Part shown: one piece after another, positions 37,190 through 51,400 of the stretch
Layout: every line of letters starts with the position of its first letter
Position numbering within the stretch: the stretch's first letter is position 1
NCBI GenBank assembly: GCA_040954595.2
Contig: CM082589.2
Coordinates: 10,614,894 to 10,678,893 of the forward strand
Source: Balanoglossus misakiensis
Lineage: Eukaryota > Animalia > Hemichordata
Direction of reading: 5' to 3'
Length of the DNA stretch: 64,000 nucleotides
Translations under genes and position numbers: made by a program
Notes under the pieces: generated by a model
What the model saw: only the letters and a program-made list of their open reading frames with translations
Databases searched by the model: none
Told to the model about the DNA's origin: nothing

Positions 37190-39199
37190 ACAGGTGGTGG
37201 TTCCCAGAGTGTATCGTAACCAGGTGATGAGACTAGCCCATGAATCAGTGCTGGGTGGTCACCACGGAACTCACAAGACCACAGACAAGATCCTCAGCAA
37301 CTTCGTTTGGCCTGGGCTAACATCAGATGTTTCCCGTTACTGTCAGTCCTGTGATTCATGTCAACGGACACAACCAAAGGGACGGGTGACCAAGGTACCA
37401 CTTGGAAGTATGCCACTAATAGATATCCCTTTCCTACGTATTGCAGTAGACCTGGTTGGCCCTATTCATCCATGCACTGAACGCAAGAATAGGTACATAC
37501 TTACTGTTGTTGATTATGCAACACGCTATCCGGAGGCTGTTGCATTGACTAACATTGATACCAAGACTGTTGCAGAGGCGCTCCTGGACATCTACTCAAG
37601 AGTGGGGTGTCCACGTGAAATTCTGACAGATCAAGGAACTCAATTTACATCAGATGTGATGCGTGAGGTCAGCCGGCTTTTGTCTATAAAGCAGATGACT
37701 ACCACCCCATACCACCCAGCATTCAATGGTCTAGTGGAACGGTTCAATGGTACATTGAAACTCATGCTCAGGAAGATGTGTGAGGAACGTCCAACATATT
37801 GGGATCGTTATCTGAATGCTTTACTATTTGCCTACAGAGAAACGCCTCAATCGAGCACAGGATTCTCTCCGTTTGAGTTACTTTATGGGAGGAGTGTGCG
37901 TGGTCCAATGGCTATCTTGAAAGAACTATGGACTGGAGAGATCAGTGAACCAGAAACCAAAACGACTTATCAATACATCCTTGATCTTCAAAAGAAATTA
38001 AAGAAGGCATGCGATTTAGCAAGACAAGAACTGAAGATATCACAAGGCAAATACAAGTCCTACTACAATAGAAAGGCCAAATGGAGGAAGTTCAACAAAG
38101 GTGACGAGGTGTTATTGCTACTACCTACTGACCATAATAAACTACTTATGCACTGGAAGGGTCCTTTTCCAGTGGTGGAGAAAGCGAGCAATATGGATTA
38201 CAAGATTGACTTTGGTCATAGGGTGAAAACATTCCATGCCAACCTGTTGAAGAGGTACTATCGAAGAACTGATCAGCTAGATGAAGTATCAGCTGGACTT
38301 CTTGAGATTGTGTGTGTATCTGTGATAGATGAGCAGAGTTATGAATCTTCAGAAGTACAAGAGAACACAGGGGTTAAAGTAAACGATGACTTACTGCGGG
38401 TTTCTGCATTCAAGCAGAAAGAATTTGCTGCAGATGTGAATGTATGTGACAACTTGTCAGACATACAGAAGCAAGTGGTGAGGAGGTTGCTGATCAATTA
38501 CAAAGATATGTTAACTGATATTCGTGGTAACACCAACCTGGGTTTCCATGACATCAAGTTGATGGATCCAACACCAGTATGCAGTAGGCCATACCCCATC
38601 CCTCATGCACTCCGTGAAGCAGTGAAAGATGAAGTCAAAACGATGATTAAGATGGGAGTAGCTGAACCTTCAGAGAGTCCATATGCTGTTCCACTGGTAA
38701 TGGTGAAGAAATCTGATGGGTCCAATCGTTGTTGTGTTGACATGAGAAAGCTCAATCGCATAACAGTGTTTGATGCAGAGCCTACACCAGACCTGAGTGA
38801 GCTTTTTGCTTTTTGCTAAGTTATCCAAGGATCACTATTTCACTAAAGTAGATCTCAGCAAAGAATATTGGCAAGTCCCGTTGACTGATAATTCTAAACA
38901 ATTGACGGCATTTATCACGCATGATGGGCTATACCAATTTATCAAAATGCCTTTCGGACTTGTAAATAGTGCTGCGACTTTTAGCAGAATTATGAGAAGA
39001 TTGTTAAGAGATATGAAGAACGTAGACAACTATATCGATCACATACTGATCCACACTGCATCATGGGAAGAACATATCAAGACAATTACAGATTTGATGA
39101 GCAGACTACGAAAGGCAAAGTTAACAGCGAGACCAACTAAGTGTTATGTGGGTTATGAGCAGATCGATTTCCTGGGTCATGTGGTTGGTCATGGTGAAC
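37190..39199 (+). pseudogene. pol: Integrase followed by truncated reverse transcriptase (Gmr1-type pol)
   Basis: HESVLGGH...CQSCDSC, AVDLVGP, TDQGTQF, VERFN, WKGPF, then SESPYAVP, CVDMRKLN, frameshift near 38810, MPFGL, YIDH (mutated YxDD), FLGHVVG. Confidence 0.9.
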
Positions 39200-39284
39200 T
39201 AGTCCTGTTTCAAAATGACCTACATTACAGGTCCTATGCACACGTATTACATGTTCTGATTGGTTTATCCACTTCTCTAAGGTC

Positions 39285-39556
39285 CACTTGCGGCTCGCTG
39301 ATTGGAGGGACCTTATGTGTTAGGTCTTATTACTATGTATTATTCACCAGACCTTGTAGGTTAGGTCTTATTACAATGCATTATTCACTTTACAGCTCCC
39401 TGATTGGTTAATGTGTAGGTCTGGTCCTCCAGTGTTCACTGCCTCATTATGCAGGACCTTGTAGGTTAGGTCTTATTAATATGTATTTATTCACCATACA
39501 GCTCCCTGATTGGTTAACGTGTCAGTCTGGTCCCCCCAGTGTTCACTGCCTCATTG
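39285..39556 (+). repeat. ~106-bp tandem repeat, about 2.5 copies
   Basis: gaccttgtaggttaggtcttatta, acagctccctgattggttaa and ccagtgttcactgcctcatt each recur about 106 bp apart. Confidence 0.7.
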
Positions 39557-40547
39557 TGAAATGTCCCATGTGCTTCCTGGCTAGCGTTGTGGTAACATAT
39601 TATTCGGGGTGTCCGCAGATCGTTCATTGATTTTCTGAGAAATAGCCTAACTGATACTATCTCCAACATAAACCGCACCCTGGAAAGATTAAATGATCTT
39701 TTAGGTGGACTTTGAAAATCTGATTAACTCATCTAAGCATTTTAGCTAAGTTGTATATTTTTTAATTATAATCATACAAAATACTTAAAAAATAAAAACA
39801 ATGTTCAGTTTTAATACCCACTGATGAGGGGAAACATCAGTTTCAAATTCTTTTCATGGGAGCGCTTGAGCAGAGTTATGAGTTTTGCTCTGTGAAAGAA
39901 AATGGGGGGATTTCAAAATTTTGGCAGTTCGGAAGGGGGATTTCAAAATATTTCGGGTTGTGAAAGGGGGGGGGGCATGTGAAAATTAGCGGTAAAAGAT
40001 GAATTCCCCCCCCCCCCCTCCAGAGGTGTTTGTGAATGCAGCCTAAGAAAGAAAAAATGTGAAATGGGTCAAATATGGGCCGGACGTGCCCATTCAACTC
40101 AATTTACTTTTGTTTGCTTTAAGTAGGAATTGATCACAGCTATATTTATTTTGGACACCTGAGCGACAAGAAAACAATCTGATTCTACATTTTAAAAAGC
40201 GTCATTGGAAAAGCACTGCAATTTTGTTTCTTGCTTTAAAAAAGTTTGGGGTGGCATGTAATAATTAAGGTGTGTCTAAATTACTAATTTGGTGCACCTC
40301 AAAGCCCTTAGCCAATGTAAATTATATCCTGCATTGTATTCATGAAGGATATCCTCCCGCGAGGTCAATGCCATTCAATGTCAAACAGTCTCAACAAAGA
40401 CCATTGGACACTCATAGCCGTTTTGTATGAAAGTGACTGGAGTACGAGATGAGTTTCATGACAACAACAAATCATGCTCAGTCTCGCTGCAGGGTCTATA
40501 ATTTCAATAACGGCTAGACGCTGGACACTATCTTAGGTAACACTTTA

Positions 40548-40600
40548 GGGTCATAGTGCTGGAACGACATGTTTAAACAGGTCGTTCCGGCACTCTGACC
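40548..40600. repeat. Short near-perfect palindrome
   Basis: gggtcatagtgctggaacgacatgttt|aaacaggtcgttccggcactctgaccc. Confidence 0.75.
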
Positions 40601-41096
40601 CTTTCGGCCCCAGTCGTTTCAGCCCCCATTTTCCACGACCCAAGTCGTTACAGCCCGGACAGTAACACCCCAAACATTTCAACACTTATCAGGGAAGACC
40701 TTAGCCCAACTATTAAAACTTGGCTTGAACCTACTTAAGTTCTCCGCATGAAATATGAGCGAGCGTTGTCAGAGGACGACAGCTACGCACACTTTGGGCA
40801 TGACCGAATCAAACAGAATTGAATATTCTATATTCGGAAAAAACACCTTATCTCCGTTTTGCCGTTGACAAACCGATTTCTGTCATGACAGTTACTCCCG
40901 GGGACTGTGACAGACCATATACAGACAGTAGAGGCCGCGCGCTGGGGGTCTACACAAGTCACTACAGCTGATGTAAGCAAGTACAACATGCTTTGCTTGC
41001 AGGAATGTTCCATTTTCAATAGAGGGGTGTGTATATTCAGAGGGAATGTCAGTCGGGGCCCTGGCTGGCAACATGCGGCGTATATATTGACAATCT

Positions 41097-42024
41097 TAGC
41101 CGGGAGACCAGGGCGTCGATCTAAAATACAACGCTCGGGGACAGTCGAGCAAGTCCTGCTGAGCTGAAAGATAGTAGTCTTGGCAACGATCGAGGTCGCT
41201 TAGTAACAAATGGATAACGAGTGATCTATCAAATGTTGACGGGCGCCAGTGGTTGGATGATATAATTAAAGGCACGTAAGCTGTAACTGGATAAAAAATT
41301 AAAGTTTTAAATAATCTCATATATGCTTTTAATTATGTCTATTAAATGCTATTTCATGATAATATATCAAGCTCAACACTTATTTATGACAAAATGGCCA
41401 AAAATTAAAGAAAAACGAAAATTCCTGCAATTTTAAAAAAAGCGCAATATTGCAATGAAAAATGAAAATCTGATGTCTCAGTGGTGTACATTTACTTCCA
41501 TGAGCTCAAGTGGATGAGATCATGTTTTGTTTATGAAGTTTCACAACCGGAAATGCAACATTTTCATTGTTTCTTGCATTTTCCCACGGTGGCGGCCATA
41601 ATCGCTTGCGGCAAAGCTTTATTATTTATCTGGTTAAAACTTGCATATGCACTCATACTTAGGGTTTATAATGCTTGTGTATTGTTCACTACCTCCATCT
41701 GCATGGACTAATGGTAGTGCAGTTTGAAACAAAAATTATGAAAATTATCCCAAAAGTTACACCTTACGTGCCTTTAACAAAGCTTGGTTATGAATATTCA
41801 TACACTTTCAAAACCACTCCCACATCCCATCGCGGGAATTTCACACATGACTCCACCTCTATTTCCTTATTTAGAAGGCGACGATGTCATGTGGTTAACA
41901 TTGAGTGACCAATTAGCTTACACGCAAGATTTACCACACGTGTCGTTCTACGAACAGAATTCTGTTCGTAAATAGAGACTGTCCCCGGGCGTTTCTTTTC
42001 CCCGACGCCCTGGTCTCCAGGCTA
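41097..42024. mobile_element. Non-autonomous Academ element with 9-bp TSD (AcademH-type)
   Basis: TIR TAGCC(G/T)GGAGACCAGGGCGTCG. TSD TGACAATCT at 41088-41096 and 42025-42033. Confidence 0.85.
41270..41773. mobile_element. Non-autonomous TTAA element (Kolobok-like) nested in the Academ MITE
   Basis: TTAA at 41266-41269 and 41774-41777. TIR AGGCACGTAAG(C/G)TGTAACT. Confidence 0.85.
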
Positions 42025-42457
42025 TGACAATCTCGCTGATAGGCGCAGCTGGAATTTATGTTTCTGTGGTATGATTATTGTATTTTATCAATGCACAATC
42101 ACGATGGGCGAGTTTCAAGCAAGCAATTGGATTCGCTTCAATCCCTCACTAAAATCTAGACTGCACCACTGTATAATAACACAATACAGTCTTCTAGCCT
42201 CATGGTATAAACAGGAACTCTTGTCTGCTGGACATCCGTGTACTTTGGTCTACTGAGTGAACGCGTTACGTATAGAGGTAGCGCAAAGTGAAAACCTATT
42301 TAAGGCAGCCACAACAATCAGTGTTGACGTACATACAATCTGACTAAAATCGCAGTTGGTATGACGACAGCATACTAATAATACTGTACCACATAAGTAA
42401 AAGACGTCGTCGTACCATACATCTGATTTTATTCAGATTACTGCATATTTGCATATA

Positions 42458-42664
42458 CTGTGAAACAAGTTATTTTCGCGAGCAATACATTTTCGCGAGA
42501 TACGTGAGAGCCAAAATGGTATGAAAATAAGAGGTCGCATAATTATTTTTGAAGATAACGATGCAGTGAATGAAATAAGAGAACGCGAAAATTAATACTC
42601 GCGAAACAGTAGCCTCTCTCGATATCGTGAAAATTTCAACTCGCTAAAATAAAGTGTTTTACAG
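42458..42664. mobile_element. TA-flanked MITE (Tc1/mariner-like)
   Basis: TA|CTGTGAAACA..TTATTTTCGCGAG ... CTCGCTAAAATAAAGTGTTTTACAG|TA, with repeated internal tcgcga/cgcgaaa motifs. Confidence 0.75.
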
Positions 42665-42700
42665 TAGTTTATGTATGTAAAGTGTTCCTGATGTTAACAC

Positions 42701-42809
42701 AATCTGTTTGAAATCAGATGTAGGCCTAGGGAATGGCGACGTAGTTTTTTGATGCTGCGACAGCATAAAAAACACGTCGCCGTTCCCTACATCTGATTTT
42801 AATCAGATT
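42701..42809. repeat. Hairpin element, with a related degenerate copy at ~42338-42439
   Basis: aatctg..aaatcagatgtagg..ggcgacgt..tttt..atgctg / cagcat..aaaa..acgtcgcc..cctacatctgattt..cagatt. Confidence 0.65.
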
Positions 42810-42923
42810 AGCGTTAACATAACTTTATCAGAATAAGTTAACGCCATAACTTTGACAGAATAAGAGTTGCCTCAAACGGCTCTAACCGAATTTCCATTAA
42901 TAGCAGAACAAACAAGCTGTAAT

Positions 42924-44891
42924 CAATACGCCAACCTTTAAAATATTACTTTAGAAAGTTTGTATTCATACTTTCTTCAAGTTGTCATAACGCTAACCCG
43001 AAATGTGTTTTAGTATTGCCTTTGTATTAATGGGCTAGATTCATGGCGTTATATGTCATAAATTAAAAAGACAACCCTTATTGTTTTTGATAATATTTAT
43101 GTCGGAGAATCCACAATGAAAAATATGTATTTTCAATTTCATAACTCAAAATAATTTTCAAATCCATGACCTTATTTTCAACTCCAGTGATCGTACATCC
43201 TGAACCTTGTTCCAGTAAATGATTGGTCATTACAGGGTTAATGGGCACTCTCCCGTTCTCTTCCTCCGCAGTTTCATTCATGTTCTTGTTTGACGGAAAT
43301 GGGTGTGACCAGACGCTTGAATGTTTTCATGTGGGTTGAGTTGTTCATCGGGAACGGCCTCCTGGTGTGTCTGTACAGGTACGCAAGGAGAAACTGCCCA
43401 CAAGAAGCTGCGAGTGAAACTATTTAAGGTAGTATGTGCCTCGCGGTCCGAGATTCTGACAAATGATAGTCCTCAAAACTTTTTCAAGTCATTGATTTAC
43501 TAAAGTGTGTGGTGAGTCTCTTTGAAAACAACAACAATATTACTCATCATATTGTAATTTTTTGAAACTATAAAATGAAGTTGACAATGCACCAAACAGA
43601 TTCTATTTATTTCTTCATGACCATGTTCACCCCAAGGTCATATGGACCTGCAAGTATATGCCAGAGCCAGAGTCGACATTACCGAAGCCAGAGTTTAAAG
43701 CTTACAGGTCACCCCTTGCCAGCTCATGACTAGCTAAACTGCCATGGATGCCAAGAGATATATGACTACGGTAACCTGTAGATGGTTTCAGTATGTTTGA
43801 AGAAAGTGGTGGCGCACTTTTGGCTACATTTGAAATGGCTATGGTACCAGTGGTTGAATTTGCAAAGGTGACCTTTGACCTGGCATCTTTAAAGATATTA
43901 AAGAACGATTTACCATTCCTTGTTGTCGTAAAATGACATCTGTAATAACTTATATTTTATCTGTTCATCTTGAAGTACTATATATTTAAACGCCAATTTT
44001 CCATTGCCAATCAAGTTTTTACAAATAAATTGTAATATGCATGTTGATTTTACAAAAACTCCTTACTTCCAAGTGAATTCTGTTACACATCACGTAACTA
44101 TTTTCCCCACGAATTCTTCAGTTGCTAACTCGGAAATTTCATATATTGGGCAGAAATTGGATACATTACCCAGCCATTAAAATTACAGTTTTCTATTTTA
44201 ATTGATCGTCCATAACTTCAAGTACTTTGACTTGACATACATTAAAAACATCATGGTGAATAAATAAAAATTATTTGATTATCTAATTGTGCATGTTTAC
44301 ATGGTTTTATTTTAGTATGCTGGGTACTTAATGTCTAATGGCTCGCTGATTTTATACTGTTCAAGATGACAATCTAATTTTAGTTTTCAGCTGATAATTG
44401 AAATCAATGATTCAAAAAAATTGAATTTTGACATGAATAAACTTCTTGTTCATGGCAGTTGCTGTGTTTTGTTTCATTTGTATTCAATTTTTGCAAGCAT
44501 ACCATTGAGCACAGTTTGATTTGATTAAACACGTTTATCGGAAAATTTTGTCATTTGAAATATCTGTTTTTGCGCCCTCTACCATTTGACCAAATGATTC
44601 TCTTATTTTGGTGGCCTTTGTCTGTGTATATGAGAATACTATAGTACTCTCGCATCGATCATAGTAGAAGTTGATAACGTCTCTTGCCACGTGGCCTGGA
44701 AGAAAGGCGATCTTTAGAGTAAAAAAAACAAACTATCCAGATAGGAAGCTAGAAAAGAAGTTGAATCGTTGAAATTTTATTTATTTTATATTGTTAATAT
44801 CGTTGGTGATGTTGACTGGCCGACAATCTTTGTCGCACGAGTCTTTGCAGGCAGATTAAAACATTGCCTATTCCAGCAATAATCACAACAG
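42924..44891. repeat. ~1.97 kb dispersed repeat, copy 2
   Basis: Near-identical to 26125-28093. Confidence 0.9.
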
Positions 44892-47800
44892 GAGTGTGTC
44901 ACACAGGAGACAGTTGGGATTATAGTCATAATCTACCTTAGTTTGTTGTCAACAACCAGATGTGGTCGCATTCCGTGCATCCGTGCATATTTTGGAACAA
45001 CGACTCTATCGAACAGACGTATTTCAAACACCTTGGAGAAAAACATCGATGACCAGTGGAATTGACTGTCGCTTGAAATCCGATAGGAATACACCTGTTT
45101 ACGGTGGACGATACCGACACTCCTCTGCTAACTTAATCTGCTCTGCTAACTATACCTGCTTTGATTAAGTTGCGTCTAAAACTTTCCTTACAATACAATG
45201 TGGGTCTCGACTGTCGGTCCCAACTATAGCGACGACAGCCTCGGTATGTTTCGCCGATAGCAATCCGGAGATGAAATTTGCATACAGCAATATCTTTCAA
45301 GATAAATAATTTATGTCCTAAAGGTATTACTTTTAGTGGTCTGACGGAGACGTTTTCTGCTGTAACATGCAAAACCTGCGGCGGACCTGAGGTCATGTTG
45401 CGAACACTGTAGTTTTGTTACGCCCGCCATCCTTCGGACGTTTACCTCATCGGGGCTTCTTTGGGGAATCAGCCACGTCCGAAGGGTGAGAGTGTAAATT
45501 CTCTCCCTCTCCTTCTCCACCCAACATATTCATAGAGTCAGAGAGAGGTACCCGGCATATCGTAAACTTAACGAGAGGCATAACGAGACTTTCAACAAGT
45601 TTTCCGAGTAACACAAATAGTTGTGGTTTATTACTGGTCACACGTAAGAATTACACGACTCTATCCATGCTCGTTGACTCCCGTCACGGATCTCCGGTGA
45701 TAATAATGTGATATCAAATTTCACCACCTCTTATTAATACGTTAGTCAAGTATTATGTCATAAAAGGAACACGTCATCTTAATATTTCTTAAACATGAAC
45801 TTAGCGCGTGATATCTCTATCTCGTTCTGACATGTATCAATTACACAATCTTGTTTACTCTGAGTCAAATACCTATTTTTTTTTGGTGATTTTCACCGAT
45901 GTTTTTTTTTTCAAAAATCGACGAACCAATGATTTTTTTCAAAATCGACGAAATTTTGAGATTATGCAAAGTCGAAAATTTTTCATTTTTTGATGATTTT
46001 CACCCATGATTTTTTTTCAAAAATCTACGAAATTTTGAGATTTTGCAAACTCGAAAATTTGTCATTTTTTTATGATTTTCACCCATGATTTTTTTTTAAA
46101 AATCGACGAACCCATAATTTTTTTCAAAATCGACGAAATTTTGAGATTTTGCAGTCTAAAATGTTTCATTTTTTGATGATTTTCACCCATGTTTTTTTTT
46201 CAAAAATCGACGAACCCATGTTTTTTTTCAAAAGTCGACGAAATTTTGAGATTTTGCAGTCTTAAATTTGTCATTTTTTGATGGTTTTCACCCATGTTTT
46301 TTTAAAAAATCGACGAACCCGTGATTTTTTTTCAAAATCGACGAAATTTTGAGATTTTGCAAAATCAAAAATTTGTCATTTTTTGATGATTTTCACCCAT
46401 GTTTTTTTTTTCAGAAATCGACGAACGCATGTTTTTTTTCAAAAATCGACGAAATTTTGAGATTTTGCAGTCGAAAATTTGTCATTTTTTGATGGTTTTC
46501 ACCCATGTTTTTTTAAAAAATCGACGAACCCGTGATTTTTTTCAAAATCGACGAAATTTTGAGATTTTGCAAAATCAAAAATTTGTCATTTTTTTGATGA
46601 TTTTCACCCATGATTTTTTTTCAAAAATCGACGAAATTTTGAGATTTGCAGTCGAAAATTTGTCATTTTTTGATGATTTTCACCCATGATTTTTTCAAAA
46701 ATCGACGAACCCATATTTTTTTTCAAAATCGACGAAATTTTGAGATTTTGCAAAGTCGAAAATTTGTCATTTTTTGATGATTTTCACCCATGTTTTTTTT
46801 TTCAAAAATCGACGATATTTTGAGATTTCGCAAAGTTGAAAATTTGACATTTGTTGATGATTTTCATGAGCTATAGCCTATGATTTTTTTTTCAAAAATC
46901 GACGAAATTTTGAGATTTTGCAGTCGAAAATTTGTCATTTTGTTGATTTTCACCCATGTTTTTTTTAAACAATCGACGAACCCATGATTTTTTTTCAAAA
47001 TCGACGAACTTTTGAGATTTTGCAAAATCGAAAATTTGTCATTTTTTGATGATTTTCACCCATGATTTTTTTTCAAAAATCGACGAACCCATAATTTTTT
47101 TCAAAATCGACGAAATTTTGAGATTTTGCAAAGTCGAAAATTTTTCATTTTTTGATGATTTTCACCCATGTTTTTTTAAAAAATCAACGAACCCATGATT
47201 TTTTTTCAAAATCGACGAAATTTTGAAATTTTGCAAAATCAAAAATTTGTCGTTTTTTTGAGGATTTTCACCCATGATTTTTTTTTCAAAAATCGACGAA
47301 ATTTTGAGATTTTGCAGTCGAAAATTTGTAAATTTTTGATGATTTTCACCCATGTTTTTTTAAAAAATCAACGAACCCATGCTTTTTTTCAAAAGTCGAC
47401 GAAATTTTAAGATTTTGCAGTCTTAAATTTGTCATTTTTTGATGGTTTTCACTCATGTTTTTTTAAAAAATCGACGAACCCGTGATTTTTTTTCAAAATC
47501 GACGAAATTTTGAGATTTTGCAAAATCAAAAATTTGTCATTTTTTTGATGATTTTCACCCATGATTTTTTTTCGAAAATCGACGAAATTTTGAGATTTTG
47601 CAGTCGAAAATTTGTCATTTTTTGAAGATTTTCACCCATGATTTTTTTCAAAAATCGACGAACCCATAATTTTTTTCAAAATCGACGAAATTTTGACATT
47701 TTGCAAAGTCGAAAATTTGTCATTTTTTGATGATTTTCACCCATGTTTTTTTTCAAAAATCGACGAACCCATGGTTTTTTTTCAAAAATCGACGATATTT

Positions 47801-48463
47801 TGAGATTTCGCAAAGTTGAAAATTTGACATTTGTTGATGATTTTCATGAGCTACAGCCAATGATTTTTTTTTCAAAAATCGACGAAATTTTGAGATTTTG
47901 CAGTCGAAAATTTGTCATTTTGTTGATTTTCACCCATGTTTTTTTTAAACAATCGACGAACCCATGATTTTTTTTCAAAATCGGCGAACTTTTGAGATTT
48001 GGAAAATGGAAAATTTGTCATTTTTTGATGATTTTCACCCATGATTTTTTTACAAAAATCGACGAACCCATGATTTTTTTCAAAATCGACGAAATTTTGA
48101 GGTTTTGCAAAGTCGAAAATTTTTCATTTTTTGATGATTTTCACCCATGTTTTTTTTTAAAAATCAACGAACCCATGATTTTTTTTCCAAATCGACGAAA
48201 TTTTGAGATTTTGCAAAGTCGAAAATTCACCCATGTTTTTTTAAAAAATCAACGAACCCATGATTTTTTTCAAAATCGATGAAATTTTGAGATTTTGCAA
48301 AGTCGAAAATTCACCCATGTTTTTTTTCAAAAATCGACGAACCCATAATTTTTTTCAAAATCGACGAAATTTTGAGATTTTGCAAAATCAAAAATTTGTC
48401 ATTTTTTGATGATTTTCACCATGATTTTTTTCAAAAATCGACCAAATTTTGAGATTTTGCAGT

Positions 48464-51400
48464 TAGTGCGGTATGGTATGTCATGAAAAACAGCTCCCGT
48501 AGGATTGTTGTGCTAAAATTGATTTTTTTGCTGTTTTGGCTTCTATTGGGACCCAACTACCCGAAAATGATGGGGTGCAATTTTAAGGGCCCCTCCATCA
48601 TATTTTTCTCGGGGGGGGGGGGGGTACTTCCGTTTTGTGGTATGATGTGTATTCCCGTAGGATTTTTGTGCTAAAATTGATTTTTTTGCTGTTTTGGCTT
48701 CTATGGGGACCCAACTACCCGAAAATGATGGGGTGCAATTTTTAGGGCCCCTCCATCATATTTTTTCGGGGGGGGGGTCGTCACTCCTGTTTTGGCCTCC
48801 CCGAAGATATTTATTCACCTATCTACTCCATTTTCGTAGAATTTTCTGCTAAAGAATTTTTTTTTTGCTGTTTTGACTCCTGGTCACAAAAGATCACATG
48901 CAAATTTTAGGGCCCCTCTATTACATTTGTGGGGGGGGGGGGCACTTACATTCCGACAATCTTAACGGTATTTGTTCACCTATACCGTGTATTCTCGTAG
49001 GAGTTTTTGCTAATAGTTATTTGTTTTGTTTGCTGTTTTGGTTTCAATGATGAATAAACATCCCCAAAATGATGGAAATCAATTTGTTGGACCCCTCCAT
49101 CACATTTTCTTGCAGGGGGGGGGGTCACTTTAGTTTTAGCAGCCCTGGAGATATTTGTTCATAGTGTGACATGTGTATTTGTAAAGGATTTCTTCCAATT
49201 TCTTTTTTTTTAACTTCTATGGGGACCTAACTGCTCAAAAATGAGGTCAAATTTTAGGGCCTCTCCACATATTGGGAATCTTAAATATTAGACGGTTTAT
49301 GGGTAAACATATCAGTTACCTACATTTGTATCAGTTGTCATATATACTACAGCGCTATCTTATTTTTATAAATATACTTAGTTGAATTTTGACACTAACA
49401 AATCAACCACAAATATCTCTCTGGTTTGGACTTAGCATAATATACCTCCCCTCACCTTGGACCGCCACCCAACTCATCACCACACTCATGTTTTCTATGG
49501 TTTACAAAAATATAGTATACTAGGCTATACCAAATAGTGAACACCTATTGCCTGGCCATGAGGGCCATAGCAGCCGTTTATTACACCCGAGGGGCCGTGA
49601 GTTACCAGAATCATATGCATATGATTCTGGTAACTTTTTCGTTAAGAGTTGTTTATTCTTTCGTAGCACAATCAATGTCTGAGATATTTACCATTGTACT
49701 AAAATTCTCATCGATATAAGTCTGTGCATAAACTCTGAAGTACGTTTTAATCAACACTTGCTTTTTGGGGTATTAAAACGATATTCAGTTGAACTCATTT
49801 CAAAGTTAAATACTGTCGTAAATAAAGCCATATCAGTTGAAGTATTGTCTATTTTAAAGTAGTATTTTCAAAATTTTCATGCCAATAGCAAAATAGTGCT
49901 GTAAAAAGCCCTTGAACTATGTCTTACTTCTAAAACTTGTTTTGGTAAACATTAACAATATCAAATTTGGCTCATTTTGTAGCTCAATACTACTGAAAAT
50001 AAAACAAGTCTGTGAACTACATCTCAGTTTTATTACTAAATACATATTGGCTATTTTCTTAGCACCGTAAGCAGCGTTTTACGTTCCAGTTCGATAGCTA
50101 TTAGGACATTTTGCAATAAACTACAGAATTAATATGTAGATAAAAATAAGATTTGCGTGATCTGTGAAAAGGGTGCCACCCCTTCATCACAATGAGAGAT
50201 AAATCATACGCAACAAATTGTCCTGAACTTCCCCCAATCAAAAAGAATGGGTGGAAATCGGAGAATGGCGTGTTTTATCCAGTAAAATGTCTTGCTCTCC
50301 CTGCACCAAAGGCAGTACTAGAGCTTATCAAATGTGGCTGCAAAGCAGGTTGTAGGGGACGTTGCAGTTGCTCAAAGAATGATTTACTATGTACTCCCCT
50401 CTGCAAATGCTATGGTGGAGACTGAAAACCAGGGGGAAATGTTCTTGAAGATAACGACACTGGCGATGAGTAGATCAAACAGAACTGGGTTTCGTGAAAA
50501 TGATGATTGAGAATACCAAGATATCAGAAAAGAATCGTTATGCTTCTTGGGTTGTTTATTGCACCGTCCGTGGTAGGGAGGGTGCCTCAAGGGTCCATTT
50601 TATGAGATGGGACTGTAGCTCGGAAAATAAACTAAAATACACATTATGTACTTTATTATATATAAAGGAGTTTTAATTTACCTTAGTATACTAAATTTAG
50701 AATAAACGAAAAAATCTAAGATAAAAAAAAACTACTGTTACAACGGGTTGGCGAAAACAAATATAGAGAACCCCCCCCCCCCCACCAAAAAATGTGGTAA
50801 AGGGGTCCAACATTTTGCACACCATCACTTTTCGGCAGTCAGTCTGCATTCAAGCCAAAGGAGCAAACCAAATTGCAAGAAATACCACGACAATACTAAC
50901 CGTATAGTAAATAGGTGAATAAGTATCTTCAGGGTGGCCAAAACAGAAATGATTACCCTCCCCCCCCCCAAGACATGATGGAAGGTTCCAAAAATTTGAA
51001 CCCCATCATTTTAGTTCTGGTGGAGCCCCATTGAAACCAAAACATCAAAGAAAAATAATATTTTTAGCAAAATATTCTATGAGAAGGGAGTAAATAGGCC
51101 AACAAACAACTTCGGAGTGGCCAAAATGGAAGTGCCCCCCCCCAAATAAAAAATGATGGAGGGGCCCTATAATTTGCACCCGATTATTTTTGGCCAGGTT
51201 GGTCTCCTCCAAAGCAAACACAACAAAAACAAATTAATTGTAGCCCAAATTCCCATGATGATAGAGTAAATAGGTGAACAAATATCCTCGAGTGACCAAA
51301 ACAGAAGAGACCCCCCGAAAAAAATTGATGGAGGGGCCCTAAAAATTGCACCCCATGATTTTTGGGTAGTTGGGTCCCCATTGAAGCCAAACAGCAAAAA

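Larger units (their letters stand above)
28308..39199 (+). mobile_element. Gmr1-type Gypsy LTR retrotransposon, decayed and 3'-truncated
   Basis: 5' LTR, tRNA-Pro PBS and gag-PR-IN-RT order. Frameshifts present. RNase H and 3' LTR not found. Confidence 0.85.

Noticed and set aside
44897-45832. Possible solo LTR (TGTCA...TGACA)
   Set aside because: No TSD, PBS or second copy in the window, so it cannot be supported.
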